A stretch of 64,000 nucleotides of DNA from Octopus sinensis (GCF_006345805.1 NC_043006.1:38378001-38442000); one strand, 5' to 3'; positions 41,671-54,899 are shown, counted from the first letter of the stretch. Numbers and translations are program-made. The notes: generated by a model not told the origin, from the letters alone.

Positions 41671-41765
41671 GTGTGTGTGTTGTTCAAATTTGCAGAAAAA
41701 CGATGAAGCCAAGTGTAGGAACAACAAGCAGGTGTAATAGTTTGACGCTGGGGAAAAATAGAAAC

Positions 41766-41803
41766 GTCTTTTACGTTTCGAGTCTACGCTCTTCGGAAGA
41801 AAG
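41766..41803 (-). ncRNA. Minimal hammerhead-like motif in a short repeat (copy 3, degenerate)
   Basis: cuuu-CUUCCGA-A-GAGC-guag-ACUC-GAAA-CG-UA-aaag. Confidence 0.45.
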
Positions 41804-42459
41804 GGATAAGGGGGAAAAACGGAGAGAATGGAAAAACGGAAAGAGAAAAAAACAGTGTAGAGTTCAGCAGTCCAACATGGAGGTCCTCCCGACATCGCTT
41901 AATAACCGATGCTGGTGTGTTTACGTCCCCGTAACTTAGCGGTTCGGCAAAAGAGACCGTTAGAATAAGTACTAGGCTTACAAAGAATAAGTCCTTGGGT
42001 CGATTTCTTCCAATAAAATCCCTTTGAGGTGGTGCTCCAGCTTGGCTGCAGTCAAATGACTGAAACAAGTAAAAGAATAAATATATACGACGGGATTCTT
42101 TCAGTTTCCGTCAACCAAATCTACTCACATGGCTCGAGGCTATTAAAGAAAATATTTACCCAAGGTGCCACGCAATGAGACTGAACCCTGAATCATGCGG
42201 CTGGGAAGCAAGCTTCTTACCACACAGCTCCATACTCTCTTATTACTCGCTCTTATCCACAGAGAGTACAGTAACAAACATCTATTTATAGTATCGACAA
42301 ATTCGGAGAAAGGCATCCCTAATTTGCATAACAGTGCAAATTTGGTTTATATAATATATGCATATTAAGCTTGCATATTTGTAAGCTAATTACATTATCA
42401 TTGTATAAACTCTAGGCGGATATGTGTGTGTGCGTGCACACACACACACACACACACAC

Positions 42460-42499
<40 letters not shown>

Positions 42500-42664
42500 A
42501 TATATATATATATATACACGTGTGCGTATAAACCTATGTATTGGTACGTGTGTATGTGTATGCATGCAAGCGTGACTACAGGGCTACATCTGAAGGTGTG
42601 TGCGTGTGTATATGAGTGTATAAATGTATGTATTGCTATACACACACCACACACACACACACAC

Positions 42665-42793
<129 letters not shown>

Positions 42794-43155
42794 GCGTATG
42801 CGTACAAGCGTAACTACAGGACTGCTTCTGTACGTGTGTATATATGTACGTGTATGTGTGTGTGTGTATTCTTATGTGTATGTGTGTATGCGGATGTGCG
42901 TTTGCGCGCAAGCGTGACTACATAGATACGTCTGTACGTGTGTGTATGTATTTAAGTATAAATCTATGTATGTATGTATGTATATATGTATGTATGTATT
43001 TATGTATAAATCTGTGTATGTATGTATATGTGTGTATGTATGTACGTATCTATGTATGCGCGTGTGTATATATATATATATATGTAAGAAATTATGTATG
43101 TATATGTTAATGTGTAAACCTGTGTGTGTGTATCTATTTGTGTATGTATGTATTG

Positions 43156-43195
<40 letters not shown>

Positions 43196-43920
43196 ACGTG
43201 ACTGTAGGGGTGCGTCTGTGTGCCTGTATGTCTGTTCGTGCGTGTGCGCGCGTGTAAACCCATCTGCACTCATGCTTCACCGACAACAAGCTGTCGGTCT
43301 GTTTTAATAATCTGTGCAACAACGAAACTACTCGTATATCAAAGATGCTCCTAATTCATCACCATGGTAACTGCCTCGACTGTGCTAAGTTATGTCATTA
43401 CGTAATCAGCAGTTTCTTTTATGTACATCCCTTCCCTCCCACCACACACACATACACACACACACACATACCGCTTCTTCTCACAATACCCAAGTCGTTA
43501 CTTTCATTCCGCTCTTCGTGTCATGAGGTCATAGTTACTACACCGCATCCTCCACCACTCTCCGCCTCCACCACCACCACCACCACCACCACCACCACCA
43601 CCACCACTGCCGCCACCATCGCCTATATCACGTACACTTTGCGTTGTTTACTGTACGCTCACTTTACATCTGTCTTACAAGCGACATTTCACACTTAGAG
43701 GGCAATAGGACAACGAACTGGAGGAGACGGTTAAAGCGTTGAACTAAATGCTCATCTTCGCAGTGTTCGGTTTCAAAAGATCTGAGTTCAAATGCTGCCA
43801 AGGACGCTCTTTCGATTCAGAGATCGGATGTTGAAGGATTTCAGCTTTGATCCAAAGTCATTAAGTCTTTTCAAGTATTGACACAAGAACAACAATTTTA
43901 GGAAAGACCCCAGTACTCAA

Positions 43921-44184
43921 CCGCGTTAAATGAATCAGTGATAAATGAATAATATAGCATATGGAAAAAATCGGCTTCATTTTGAGACCCTTAAGTTGTC
44001 CTGAGCATTGTGGATGTTTGCTGTCTAAAAGCCTTTGACTGATCACCAATCCGTGTTATTACAGATCAAATCGTGATAAACATGACATTATTAACCACTA
44101 GCGTGCCGTGTTATTCGGAGCAGTATTGAACGAATCCGCGATAAATGAGGATAGATGTACTTATTTAACCATTGTTTTAGATCG
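43921..44184. mobile_element. Second copy of the 52691-52972 element, lacking the left TIR
   Basis: Direct colinearity with 52737-52998. Confidence 0.65.
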
Positions 44185-44338
44185 AGTACTCAATAGTTTG
44201 GTACCACAACGAAATTTTAGCTCAGAGCGTAAAGAGCCGGTAGAATTGCCGTTAAATTTGAACTCAGTACATGGACAGTGTGTTCGTAAAATCCTTACAG
44301 CCATTGACAATTATTTGCATTATTTAATCTTCCTAAGA

Positions 44339-45430
44339 AGGCGGCGACCTGGCAGAAACGTTAGCACGCCGGGCGAAATGCTTAGCGATATTTCATCTGT
44401 CTTTACGTTCTGAGTTCAAATTCCGCCGAGATCGACTTTGCCTTTCATCCTTTCGAGGTTCATAAATTAAGTACCAGTCGCATACTGGAGTCTATCTAAT
44501 CGACTGGCCCCCTCCCCTCAAAATTTTGAGCCTTGTGCCTAGAAGTAGAAAAAATTATTCCTCCTAAGGCTGCGAGCTGGCAGAATCGTTAGCACGCCAT
44601 GTGAAATGCTTCGTTGCATTTCTTCCGTCTTTACGTTCTGAGTTCGAATTCCGCCGAGGTCACCTTTGTCTTTCATCTTTTCGGAGTCGGTAAAATAAGT
44701 ACCAGTGAAACACTGGGGTCGATGTAATCGACTAGTCCCATCCCTTCAAATTTCAGGCTTTGTGCCTTTAATAGAAATGATTATTAAGGCACTGGGGTAG
44801 CAGAATCGTTAGCACGCCAGGCAAAATGCTTAGCGGCGTTTCATCCCATCTTTACCTTCCAAGTTCAAATTCTACCGAGGTCGACTTTGCCTTTCATCTT
44901 TCTGGGGTCGATAAAATAAGCACCAGTTGAGCACTGGGGTCGATGTGATCGACTCAGCCCGTCCCCGAAATTTCTGGCGTTGTGCCAAATTTGAAACCGT
45001 CATTTATTCTTTCTTTTTCCGACTTATTAAGTTCTGAGTTCGAAACCGTTATTTATTCCTCCAAAGGCGGTGAATCTGGCAGGATCGTTAGCATGCTGGG
45101 TGAAATGTTTTGCGGCTTTTCTTCCGTTTTTAGTTTCTGAGTTCGAATTCCGCCAAGAGCAACTTTGCCTTTCGTTGTTTCGGGATCGATAAATCAAGTA
45201 CCATCGATTTACTCTCTCTTCCGAAATTGCTAGCATTTTTCCAAAATTTGAAACGGTTATTTACTCCTTTTTCCGATTCAGTATATTCTAAATTCAAGTC
45301 CCACCGAGGTCAGCTTTGCCTGTGATCCTTCCGGGATCGATAAAAAAATACCAGTCAACTACTGGGGGTCAATGTAATCAACAGATCCCTTCTCCTTAAA
45401 ATTGCTAGCGTTGTGCCAAATTTTAAAACT
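44339..45430 (+). mobile_element. Head-to-tail array of ~5 SINE family B copies
   Basis: Each unit GGCGAGCTGGCAGAATCGTTAG...GTTCAAATTCCGCCGAGGTCGACTTTGCCTTTCATCC...GGCCTTGTGCC. Confidence 0.9.
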
Positions 45431-45679
45431 CTAATTGCTCCCTCTCTTTACCTCTTGTGTCCAAATCCAGCCGAGGCCTACTTTGTCTTTGTTTTCGCGG
45501 CCACTATATATATAAAAAAAAGAGATTCAGCGTGACACAGATTGTAACAAGGCTGACCCTTTTGAAATACAGGTACAACAGAAACAGGAAGAAAGAGTGA
45601 GAGAATTGGGAATAAGCTTGAGAAAGAGGGAAAAGTGGAAAGGAAAACTGGGTCAGGAAGTCGTAACTGCAAGAAGGAT

Positions 45680-46510
45680 CATCATTTCAATCTGAAGCTG
45701 AAGAGATCAAGCAGAAGAGACCCAACTCAATTCATAAGACGTTTGGCACGTCAGAGGGGAGTTTCAACTATGACAATTCAAAGAGTGTTGACAGAAGACT
45801 TGAAAATGAAATAGCACTGAAACCTGTGAGGCACCTCGTTACTCCAGGACGAAAGGTCAGAAGATTGGAGAAGGTGAAGATCATCTTGAACAGAGTGGAA
45901 CATAATCTTGGAGTGATCTTTTACACAAATGAGAGGAATTTCGCCCAAGGTACGCACACAAGCAGACGCGACATCCACGTTCTGGTTTCAGATCCTTACG
46001 AGAGAGACAAAAATGTCATTTTCAGATTCAAAAACTCTGCCAAGGTAATGATTTTTGCCTGTGTGGCTTGTGATGGCAAGAAGATACCATTGATCTTGTT
46101 GGAAAAAGCTGAGAGACTGACAAGAATTTATGTTTAGGTTTTGAAAGATGTAAAGACCTGAATTCTTTCTGAATATCCTGAGGAAACTCCAACAAGATCG
46201 CTAAGGACTTCAAGTTTACATTCCTGCAAGATTCTTTACAAGTACACAAGTACAGTGGCTCAGAAATTTCTTAGGGATGAGTTTGGGAACAGGTTTGGGG
46301 ATAAGGACACTTAGCCCCCTTCCTCACTTGATTTGAACCTTTTAGACGTCAACATCTGAAATGAACTGGTCAGAAAAGCTTGTGAGTTACCCCACAGTAA
46401 CCTGCAAGCCCTCAAAAACCCCTTCCATTAAGAATTCATAAAGAAAGCTTGTGGTGTAATAAGAAAGAGGTTTGAGGAAGTTTTTTTTCAAAAGAGAAGA
46501 AATTCTTGAT
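45680..46510 (+). mobile_element. Dead Tc1/mariner-superfamily transposase, maT (DD37D)-like
   Basis: HTH-like IRRLARQRGVSTMTIQRVL, IFYTNE, VMIFACVACDG, LQD...PPSSLDLNLLD. Stops and a frameshift; D-D spacing is 37-38 depending on the correction. Confidence 0.78.
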
Positions 46511-46963
46511 GTCTGACATAGAATTTCGGCCTGAATTGTCAAGCTTCCATTCGAACTTTATTCCATTTCTTTATGAGCTCATCAATCCTGGTTATGAGCT
46601 CTCAATATGGTTAATTATTTATGAAAATGTCCTTTCGTCCATTGTCAACTTCATCACGATTCTTCTGGTAAGCTTGAAAAGTAATCAACATTCTTTTTTG
46701 TTTGGCTCAAAGTAGAGTCTATTAGTGTTGGAAAAACTTCTGATAATTGCATTAAATTATATTTCAACATTCCCGAGAAACAAAGGTTTGAAGCTGAATC
46801 TAAAATTTGAATAACTTTGCTGATACGCGAGGTATATGGGCTCAATCAGGAACCAACTTGGATTATATAATACCAACAGCAATACGAATAAATTTCTTCT
46901 GACTAACCACACATCAATGTTTATAAGTTATTTCAGTAAATTGGATTATTTTTAGTATATTGT

Positions 46964-47970
46964 TTTCAAATTTTGGCACAAGGCCAGCAATTTCGGAGGA
47001 GGGGCTAAAGTGATTAAATCGACCCCAGTGCTCAACTGGTACTTATTTTATCGACCATGAAGGCAAGAAAGGCTACTTCGACTCCGGTGACATTTGAAAT
47101 CAGAACGGTAAAGTCAGAAGAAATGCCGCTAAGCATTTTGCATTTCCAGGATGTTATTGATATTTTATCGACACCGTTGGGATTTGAACTTAAAACCTTC
47201 AGACATCAAACTAAATAAATAACAGTCCTTTTTACTCCTTTTTACTGAAGGCACAAGGCCCCAGTGTTTCACTAATTCTTAATTCATCGATTCCGAAAGG
47301 ATGAAAGGCAGATTTTGAACTCAGAACGTGAAGACGGACGAAATATCGCTAAATATTTTGCCCGGAGTGTTAACGATTCTACCAGCTCACTATCTTAATA
47401 GTAATCCTTTCTACTAGAGGCACAAGGCCTGAAATTTGTGGGGAGGCACTAGCGTAGCTAGAGTGTGTGCCACTCTGGGCAGCCTTTCCGCTTGCCGTCC
47501 CCGGACCCCACAAAAAACACCTATTGCCGACAACAGACCCAAAAGTGTCATCCGGGGTGGACTTACCCTACCGCCCCTCCCCTTAGTTACGCTAGTGGGG
47601 GAAAGAGTAATGTCGATCAGATCGACTCTAGTACATGACTGTACTTAATTTACCAACCCCGAAAGGATGAAAGGCAAAGGCGACCTCGGTGGAATTTGAA
47701 CTCAGAACGGAAAGACGAACGAAATACCACTAAACATTTCGCCCGGTGTACTAACAATTCTTTTCTGCTATAGGCACAAGGCCTTAAATTTGGGGAAGGA
47801 GGATAGTCGATTTCATCGACCTCAGTACGTAACTGGTACTTATTTCATCGACACCGAAAGGATGAAAAGCAAAGTCGACCTCGGTAGAATTTGAACTCAG
47901 AACGTAACGACGAGCGAAATACCGCTAAGCATTTCGTCCCGCGTGCTAATGATTCTGCCAGCTCGCCTCC
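46964..47970 (-). mobile_element. Head-to-tail array of ~4 SINE family B copies
   Basis: Same unit in reverse; one copy is split by the 151-bp MITE. Confidence 0.9.
47447..47597. mobile_element. 151-bp MITE inserted in a SINE
   Basis: 14-bp TIRs CACTAGCGTAGCTA / TAGTTACGCTAGTG. TSD unclear in a G-rich site. Confidence 0.7.
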
Positions 47971-49557
47971 TTATCTAAATAAATAACAAAAACACTCAAA
48001 TTAGTCGTAATAACGCTTCTAGTTTATTATTATTTTGCAAGTTTTTGCTCAAACGTTTTTTTCTTCCTTTCTGTTGTGTATCATAACATCTGGTGCAATC
48101 CAGTCTGTTCAGAAGATTTCATTCTTCTTTATACCATGTTCACGAGGGAGGAAGTTGAACTCAGCAATATGAGGCAATGAAACGATTGATTTTACTGTGC
48201 TTCAAATAACGGCACAGACTGGTTTCCCAGTGTGCCACCTAATCGTACTTTTTAATGTTGAGTTTCGGGAGTACAAGAACAAGGTGGCGTCAGCACAGGC
48301 GGAAACAGCACAAAAGCAATTTTAGTGAAGAGAACTAAATGAGTTCTTAGTTATAGCGGTTTTTTTTCAAGAAAGCTTTGAGCATTGTTAGTAAAAATAA
48401 TGTCCGCCATTACGTGAGAAACTATTTTCAACTCAAAACAAAAATTCTGACAAAAACAGAGAAAGAAACTAAAGTTAGTGTTTGTGCTTAGAAAAGAATA
48501 TGTAATTAAGACAAAAAATTGAAAGACAAAATATTTGTTGTAAGAAGTTTGGAGCGGAAAGAAGCATCCCGTGAGATTATTTTCTTAAAGTACGATGTGT
48601 TTATGTTTTATAATATTGAATCTTTGTGGCGAGTTGGCGGGTTCGTTAGCGCACCGGGGAAAATGTTTAGTAGTATTTAGTCCATCTAAGAAAAAAAAAA
48701 AAGAAAAGTAAAGAAGCGGGCCTTGTACCTAGAATAGAAAAGAGTATTTAGTCCGTTTTACCTTCTGGGATCAAAATCCGCTGAGGTCGACTTTGCCTTT
48801 CATCCTTTCGGGGTCGATAGAATAATTGCCAGTCGAGCACTAGGGTCAATCTAATCGACTTATCTCATCTCCCGAAATGGCTGGCCTAGTGCAAAAATTA
48901 GAAGCCAATATTAAATCTTCGTGTATATAAACTAAAAGATATCTATGAAGACATTTTATACAAGAATTGAGTGGGTGTAGAAGACTTATATAGCTAATTT
49001 GAACTCAGCATGAGAAAATTGTGAAATATAAAATGGACGACACCCTAATCTAAATTCTAACACTTAAACACTGCTTTTGTCAAGTTTAAAAAAAGAAAAA
49101 AATAGTTAATTGAATTCTATACTGTTGTCTAATCTAACAAATGCGTTCCACAAGTACCACGGGGCGATTCTCCTAAATTACACTCGAACCTTGGAAGCTA
49201 GACGTTGTCTGTTTTAATCTTGAGATTATATTTTGCGCTCACTATATCCAAGAATGATCAATCAGAGACTGTTGCAGAAACGTGTACCATTTAATGCTTT
49301 AGTTTTCATTGTATATTTTCTATTTTAAGCATTGTCGTACGTTAAAAGGGTCACGACCTTCAGATATTAGATTGAAGACGTATAAAGATTGTATCTAAAG
49401 ACGTTCGTTAAAAAAGTGTGACGAGAGTCGTTTTCCATTATGCTTTGAGTTTTTTTAAAATACTGTATACAAAAGAAAGGCAAAATAAAAGCAAACAAAC
49501 ATTCAGTTTGTCAGTTGTAGTATACAATTTTTTATCTTATAGTATTTGGTCATGTGA

Positions 49558-49891
49558 AGGCGCATGGCTCAGTGGTTACAGCGTCGAGCTTACGATCGTG
49601 AGGTTGTGAATCCGAATCCCGGACCGGTCTGCGTGTTGTCTTCTTAAGCAAGTCACTTTATTTCACGTTGCTCCAGTTCACTCAGCTGTAGCAATAAGTT
49701 GAGACGTCACAGGTGCCAAGCTGTATCGGCCTTTGCCTTTCCCTTGAATAACACTGGTGGCGTGGAGATGGGGAGGCCGATGTGCATGGGCAACTGTTGG
49801 TCTTCCATAAACAACCTTGCCCGGACTTGTGCCTGGGAGGGTAACTTTCTAGGTGCAATCCCATGGTCTGTGCCGTGACCGAAGGGGTTTC
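49558..49891 (+). mobile_element. SINE with the family C head and an alternative 3' half
   Basis: GGCGCATGGCTCAGTGGTT A box and B box; diverges from family C after CACTCAGCTG. Confidence 0.8.
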
Positions 49892-49957
49892 AGTATTTGG
49901 TCTTATCTTGTTTTATACCGACATATAACGAAACGATTTTAAAACTACTTGCATATG

Positions 49958-50132
49958 CAGTAATACATCGACTATCGTGGGTGTTACGTTCCAAAACCAC
50001 TCGCGATGCGTGAAAATCCGCAAAGTAGAAACAGTACTGTGCGGTATTTTTTTAATTATAAATGCAAAACAACACCACGGAGGAATCGACGTAAGCTTAA
50101 ATAATGAACCGCGATTTGGCGAGGGATTACTG
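49958..50132. mobile_element. Tigger/pogo-type MITE, 175 bp
   Basis: TIRs CAGTAATACATCGACTATCG / CGATTTGGCGAGGGATTACTG; flanks TG and TA. Confidence 0.7.
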
Positions 50133-50137
50133 TATAA

Positions 50138-50452
50138 GTGCAGAAGTAGCTGGCTTCTCAACCACATGGTTCCGGGTTCAGTCTCACAGCGTGGCACTTT
50201 GAGGATGTCTCTTCTACTAGGGCCTTGGACCGAGGTGTGTGTGTCTTTGTGTTTGTTTCTCATCACTCCTTGACAACCGGTGTTGGTGTGTCTACATCCT
50301 TTTTACTTGGCGTTTCAGCAAAAAGAAAACGATAGAAGAACCAGGCTTTAGAAAAATAAGTACTGGGGTAGATAAGTTCGACTAAAAATTCTTCAAAGCG
50401 GTGCACCAGCATGGCCGCAGTCTCATGACTCAAACAAGTACAAGAATGAAAG
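50138..50452 (+). mobile_element. SINE family A, internally deleted
   Basis: Head and tail present. Confidence 0.8.
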
Positions 50453-50625
50453 AAAAAAAAAAATATATATATATATATATAAGTATTAATTCGAAAGGGA
50501 CAAGTTCCAAGGTCAATAATATTCCTCATCAAAGCCGACATACATCTAAACACTGAGGGCTTATATAAGCCATTATTGAGCATGCGAGACACATAACATA
50601 GAAAAACATATATATACATATAATA

Positions 50626-51000
50626 CCCTTTTTACCCTTTTTACCCTTTTTACTTGTTTCAGTCATTTGACTGCGGCCATGCTGGAGCACCACCTTTTAG
50701 TACTTATTCTATCGGTCTCTTTTTGCCGAACCGCTAAGTGACGGGGACATAAACACACCAGCATCGGTTGTCAAGCAATGCTAGGGGGACAAAGACAGAC
50801 ACACAAACACACACATATACATATATATACATATATACGACAGGCTTCTTTCAGTTTCCGTCTACCAAATCCACTCACAAGGCATTGGTCGGCCCGGGGC
50901 TATAGCAGAAGACACTTGCCCAAGATGCCACGCAGTGGGACTGAACCCGCAACCGTGTGGTTGGTTAGCAAGCTACTTACCACACAGCCACTTCTGCACC
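50626..51000 (-). mobile_element. SINE family A inserted in the foldback arm
   Basis: TSD TATAATA at 50619-50625 and 51001-51007. Confidence 0.9.
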
Positions 51001-51140
51001 TATAATAGTATAATTCCGTGCTCAAATCGGGTAAGTAATTGCATAAATAGATACAAATGAATTAAGAGGTCCAAGCTGATGAGATAACAGTTCACAATAA
51101 TCCAAAAGGGGAGTTCTCAAATGAATCCAATGAATAGAAA

Positions 51141-51231
51141 GAATCTTACGGCCGTTTCCGGGAATGTGCGAAGAAGTGGGTAGGTAAGACCATTTGAACT
51201 TCGGTAATCCCCATCTCCTTCATCAGAGAAT
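51141..51231 (-). ncRNA. Hammerhead-like motif, left arm of the foldback
   Basis: CUGAUGA-A-GGAGAUG...CAUUCCC-G-GAAA-CGGCCG-UA/AGA. Palindromic stem III ACGGCCGU and a short stem I (UCU/AGA). Confidence 0.55.
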
Positions 51232-51330
51232 ATGTACGGATTTGGAATTTTTAAACAAAATCATGAAGTTATTCGTGAGATTGTAAAAATATGTTTAAGA
51301 ATACACAGTAATTATAAACAAATCCGTACA

Positions 51331-51420
51331 TATTCTCTGATGAAGGAAATGTAGATTACGGAAGTTCAAAAGATCTTCCCGACACCCTGCTTTGTACGTT
51401 TCCGGAAACGGCCATAATAC
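51331..51420 (+). ncRNA. Hammerhead-like motif, right arm of the foldback
   Basis: CTGATGA 51337-51343, 9-bp stem II GGAAATGTA/TACGTTTCC, GAAA 51405-51408. Stems III and I are degenerate. Confidence 0.45.
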
Positions 51421-52690
51421 TCTTTCTGTTTACTGGATTCGTTTGAGGACTTCCATCTTGGATTATTGTGAAGTGTTATCTCATCAGCTTGAACTTCTTA
51501 ATTTATTTTTAAGTATTTATGAAATTACTTATCCGACTTTTATTTGAATTACACTATTATATGTATACGTTTTTGTATGTTGTGTGTCTCGCATGCTCAA
51601 TAATGGCTTATGATATACATTCTGTGTTTAGATATTCGTCGGCTTTGATGAGGTGTATTATTGACCTTGGAACTTGTCTCTTTCAAATTAATACTTTAAT
51701 CACTCAATAGATTGAGCCCAACGCTCTTGTTTGTTGAAAAGGGTTCACCTCTATAATTTTTCATTATATATATATAAGTTGATTAACGAATAGGGGCTCG
51801 GAGATAGATTATGTTTATTACTTATTTTGTTTAAAGAGACCGTAGCGAATCGACGGTTTGTCTTAATTACGCGTTCTTTTCTAATCACAAACACTAATTT
51901 TAGTTTCTTTCTGTTTTAGTCGAAATTTGTGTTTATAAGATTATGTTTATACTTATTTTCTATATAATGTATGAAAATGTGGAAACTACATGAAATGTGT
52001 ACATGGACATTAACGAACTGCTTATACACCCACTCCCGGCCACTTATATGCGTGTGTAGTCTACTAGTGATTTTGCTGTTCGATTTTCAGTTCGTTGGTC
52101 GAATATTATTTTCTTCGGAAAAACTGTTCGTTATACAGTTTGTTCATTTACCATATCGTTCGTATATGCTATCTCTGCACTTATATGCTGTGTAATCTAC
52201 TCGTGTTTTGTTGTAGGGATTTCAGTTCGCTAAGCGAATGGGTTTTCAGTCGCTTGTCTGCGATCGTAATCTGTTCGTTGTTTGGTCATCAAATTTCAGC
52301 TCGTTTTGCGAGTTTAATTTTCTTCAGAGAAACCGTTCGTTATTCAGTTGCTTTGTTTAGAGAACCCTTCGTGTGTGTGTGTTCTGAAGTAATGTTTTCT
52401 ACGGGGATAGTTTTCCTAAATTCATTTCAGAATTACGTGCACGTTTTTTATTGCTCACTGAATACCAGGGACTCTGTATGGGTGAATGGCTTTGAAGTGA
52501 ACTTCTCAGTCACGGGGTACTGGGTTTGATCCTACTGTACAACATCTTGGACTATTGTTTTTTGAGGTTGTATGTGTGCCCTTCAAAATGTTCTGGATTC
52601 TACAATTCTATGGTTATAGTGCTGACATGCAAAATAATCTTTTATTGGTTTCACTCAATGGACCACAGTTGTTCTAAGGCACTTACCCTA

Positions 52691-52972
52691 TATCTGTCCT
52701 TGTTTATCACGAATGTTTGGTTACAAAAATATAATGGCGTGTTAAATCAATCAGTGATGAATGAATAATATAATATATAGAAAAATTGGTTTCGTTTCGA
52801 GACCCTTAAGTTGTCCTGAGTATTGTGGATGGTTGCTGTCTAAGGATCTTTGACTGATCGACGACCCGTGTTATCACACATCAAGTCGTGATAAGCGTGA
52901 CACGATTAACCATTAGCGTGCCGTGTTATTCGGAGCGGTGATGAACGAATCCGCGATAAACGAGGATAGATG
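52691..52972. mobile_element. pogo-like MITE, 282 bp
   Basis: Imperfect ~28-bp TIRs (TATCTGTCCTTGTTTATCAC / GCGATAAACGAGGATAGATG) with TA TSDs. A second copy is at 43921-44184. Confidence 0.65.
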
Positions 52973-53312
52973 TAGCTAGTTACACATTGTTTTAGATTTT
53001 TATTTCTTGAATCGCTACGATTTTCATTTTAGATATAGAGAGGGTGCAACCTGTCAAACCACCAGTAAACTTAGACACGGAAACAGGCACATACACACTG
53101 GCACGCCGTCGGTTGCGACGACGTGGGTTCTAGTCTGCTCGTGGAATTAACGTGCAAGTGGGTGAGTACTCCACACACACACACACACACACACACGTGC
53201 CCTTAACGTGGTTCTCTGGGATATTCAGCGTGACACTGAATGGGACAATGTTGGCCCCTTTGAATTCCATGTACAACTCATTTTTGCCAGCTGAGTGGAC
53301 TGGAAAAACATG

Positions 53313-54479
53313 GGGACTAATGCAGTTTCGCATCTCTCCTTGAAAAATACATTTTAAAAAAAAATTTTTTTTTCAGATTCCTACGTTTAAGATGTCGGAG
53401 ATTACGAATATGCGGAAAAAATTTTTAACCCCCACCACCACTCCCCTCCCACTAAAATTTTGAACTTTTTCGAAATTTTTTGCCCCTTATGTTTTAGATG
53501 ACGGAGATTCCGAATGTGCAAGAAACCACGTTTTCAAAATTTTAAATTCAATAAGCATATAGATAGGCGTAGGAATGACTGTGTAGTAAGTAGCTTGCTT
53601 ACCAACCACATGGTTCCGGGTTCAGTCCCACTGCGTGGTATCTTGGGCAAATGTCTTCTACTATAGTCTCGAGCCGACCAAAGCCTTGTGAATGGATTTG
53701 GTAGACGGAAACAGAAAGAAGCCCGTCGTATATATGTGTGTGTTTGTATGTTTGTGTCTGTGTTTGTCCCCCAACATCGCTTGACAACCGATGCTGGTGT
53801 GTTTACGTCCCCGTAACTTAGCAGTTCGGCAAAAGAGACCGATAGCATAAATACTAGGTTTACAAAGAATAAGTCCTGCGGTCGATTTGCTCGACTAAAG
53901 GCGGTGCTCCAGCATGGCCACAGTCAAATGCCTGAAGCAAGCAATAGAGGTATGTGTATAAAGAGATAGATATGAATGTCTTCCTGGGGCTAAAAACAAC
54001 AGTAACACCGCCTTCTATAGGACCGCCACATTTAGTTGACAAAGATATTTTATGAATAAATGCACAGGGATAAATAGATAGACAGATAAATAAATAAATG
54101 GATGAAAAAGTTCAAAATTTAAAATTGAGGGAGGGGGTGAAATTTGAGCCCCTTATTAAACATTCATCATTAAACATTAGTGTTTGTTTCTCATAAAATG
54201 GTGTATTCAATTTACATTAAATTCTTATTTACACAAGTAAAACGCAAATTCTCTTCACTTTAATGTTTTTGTCTGGATTTAATTTCGATTTGCATATGCT
54301 CGTCAATTCGCTACGACCTTGTTAAACAAAATCAAAAATTTTAATTTGGGGTGGGTGGGGGGCTAAATTATTATTTTTTTGCATATTCGTAATCTCCGAC
54401 GTCTAAAACGTAGGAATCTGAAAAAATTTTTTCAAAAAACTGCATTTTTCAAGAAGAGGTGAGAAACTGCATTAGCCCC
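53313..54479. mobile_element. Non-autonomous DNA transposon with ~130-bp TIRs (Mutator/Merlin-like), inserted into a SINE and carrying another SINE
   Basis: TIRs start GGG(A/G)CTAATGCAGTTTC; 8-bp TSD AAAACATG / GAAACATG. Host SINE halves are 53100-53312 and 54480-54590. Confidence 0.75.
53566..53948 (+). mobile_element. SINE family A inside the long-TIR transposon
   Basis: Full head-to-tail match to the family. Confidence 0.9.
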
Positions 54480-54899
54480 GAAACATGAAATAAAGTGTTT
54501 CGCTCAAGGACACAACACGCCGCCGGGAATCGAACACACAACCTTACGATCACGTGCCGAGTATCCTAACCACTAAACCACGCGCCTTCACTATATGACC
54601 GGCTTCCGTACAGTTTCCGTTTACTAAATGCTACTTACACGACATTGACCAACACTAATCTCAAGTAAAAGACAGATGTCCAAGCTTCTGCGGTGTGAGA
54701 TTGAACTTGAAACTAAATGGATTACAAACCTAACTACCGAACCATTCGACTCCGTTTCATTTTTCTGTTCTAACCTATTTCTTCGTTTATTAAACTGTTC
54801 TACTTTCTCGAGACACCTTCGATATTTCTCTTTTAGACACTTTATTCTACCATTTTTTGTCTTTTTAGAATATTTGGACAACTTTTTGTTATGTCGTAT

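Larger units (their letters stand above)
50481..51696. repeat. Foldback with ~380-400-bp inverted arms and a 74-bp spacer (51245-51318); left arm interrupted by a SINE
   Basis: Arms are reverse complements along their length, e.g. CCTTCATCAGAGAATATGTACGGATTT / AAATCCGTACATATTCTCTGATGAAGG. SINE 50626-51000 has TSD TATAATA. Confidence 0.9.

Noticed and set aside
48351-48410. YY1-like AATGGCGGAC start (MADIIF...)
   Set aside because: The frame closes after 19 codons and no donor site rescues it.
49558-49635. tRNA-like sequences (A/B boxes) here and at other SINE heads
   Set aside because: They lack a closed cloverleaf and run into SINE bodies.
51645-51678. TTGATGAGG...GGAACTTGTC as a further hammerhead
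   Set aside because: Both arms have U in place of C3 and GGAA in place of GAAA, and no stem I forms.
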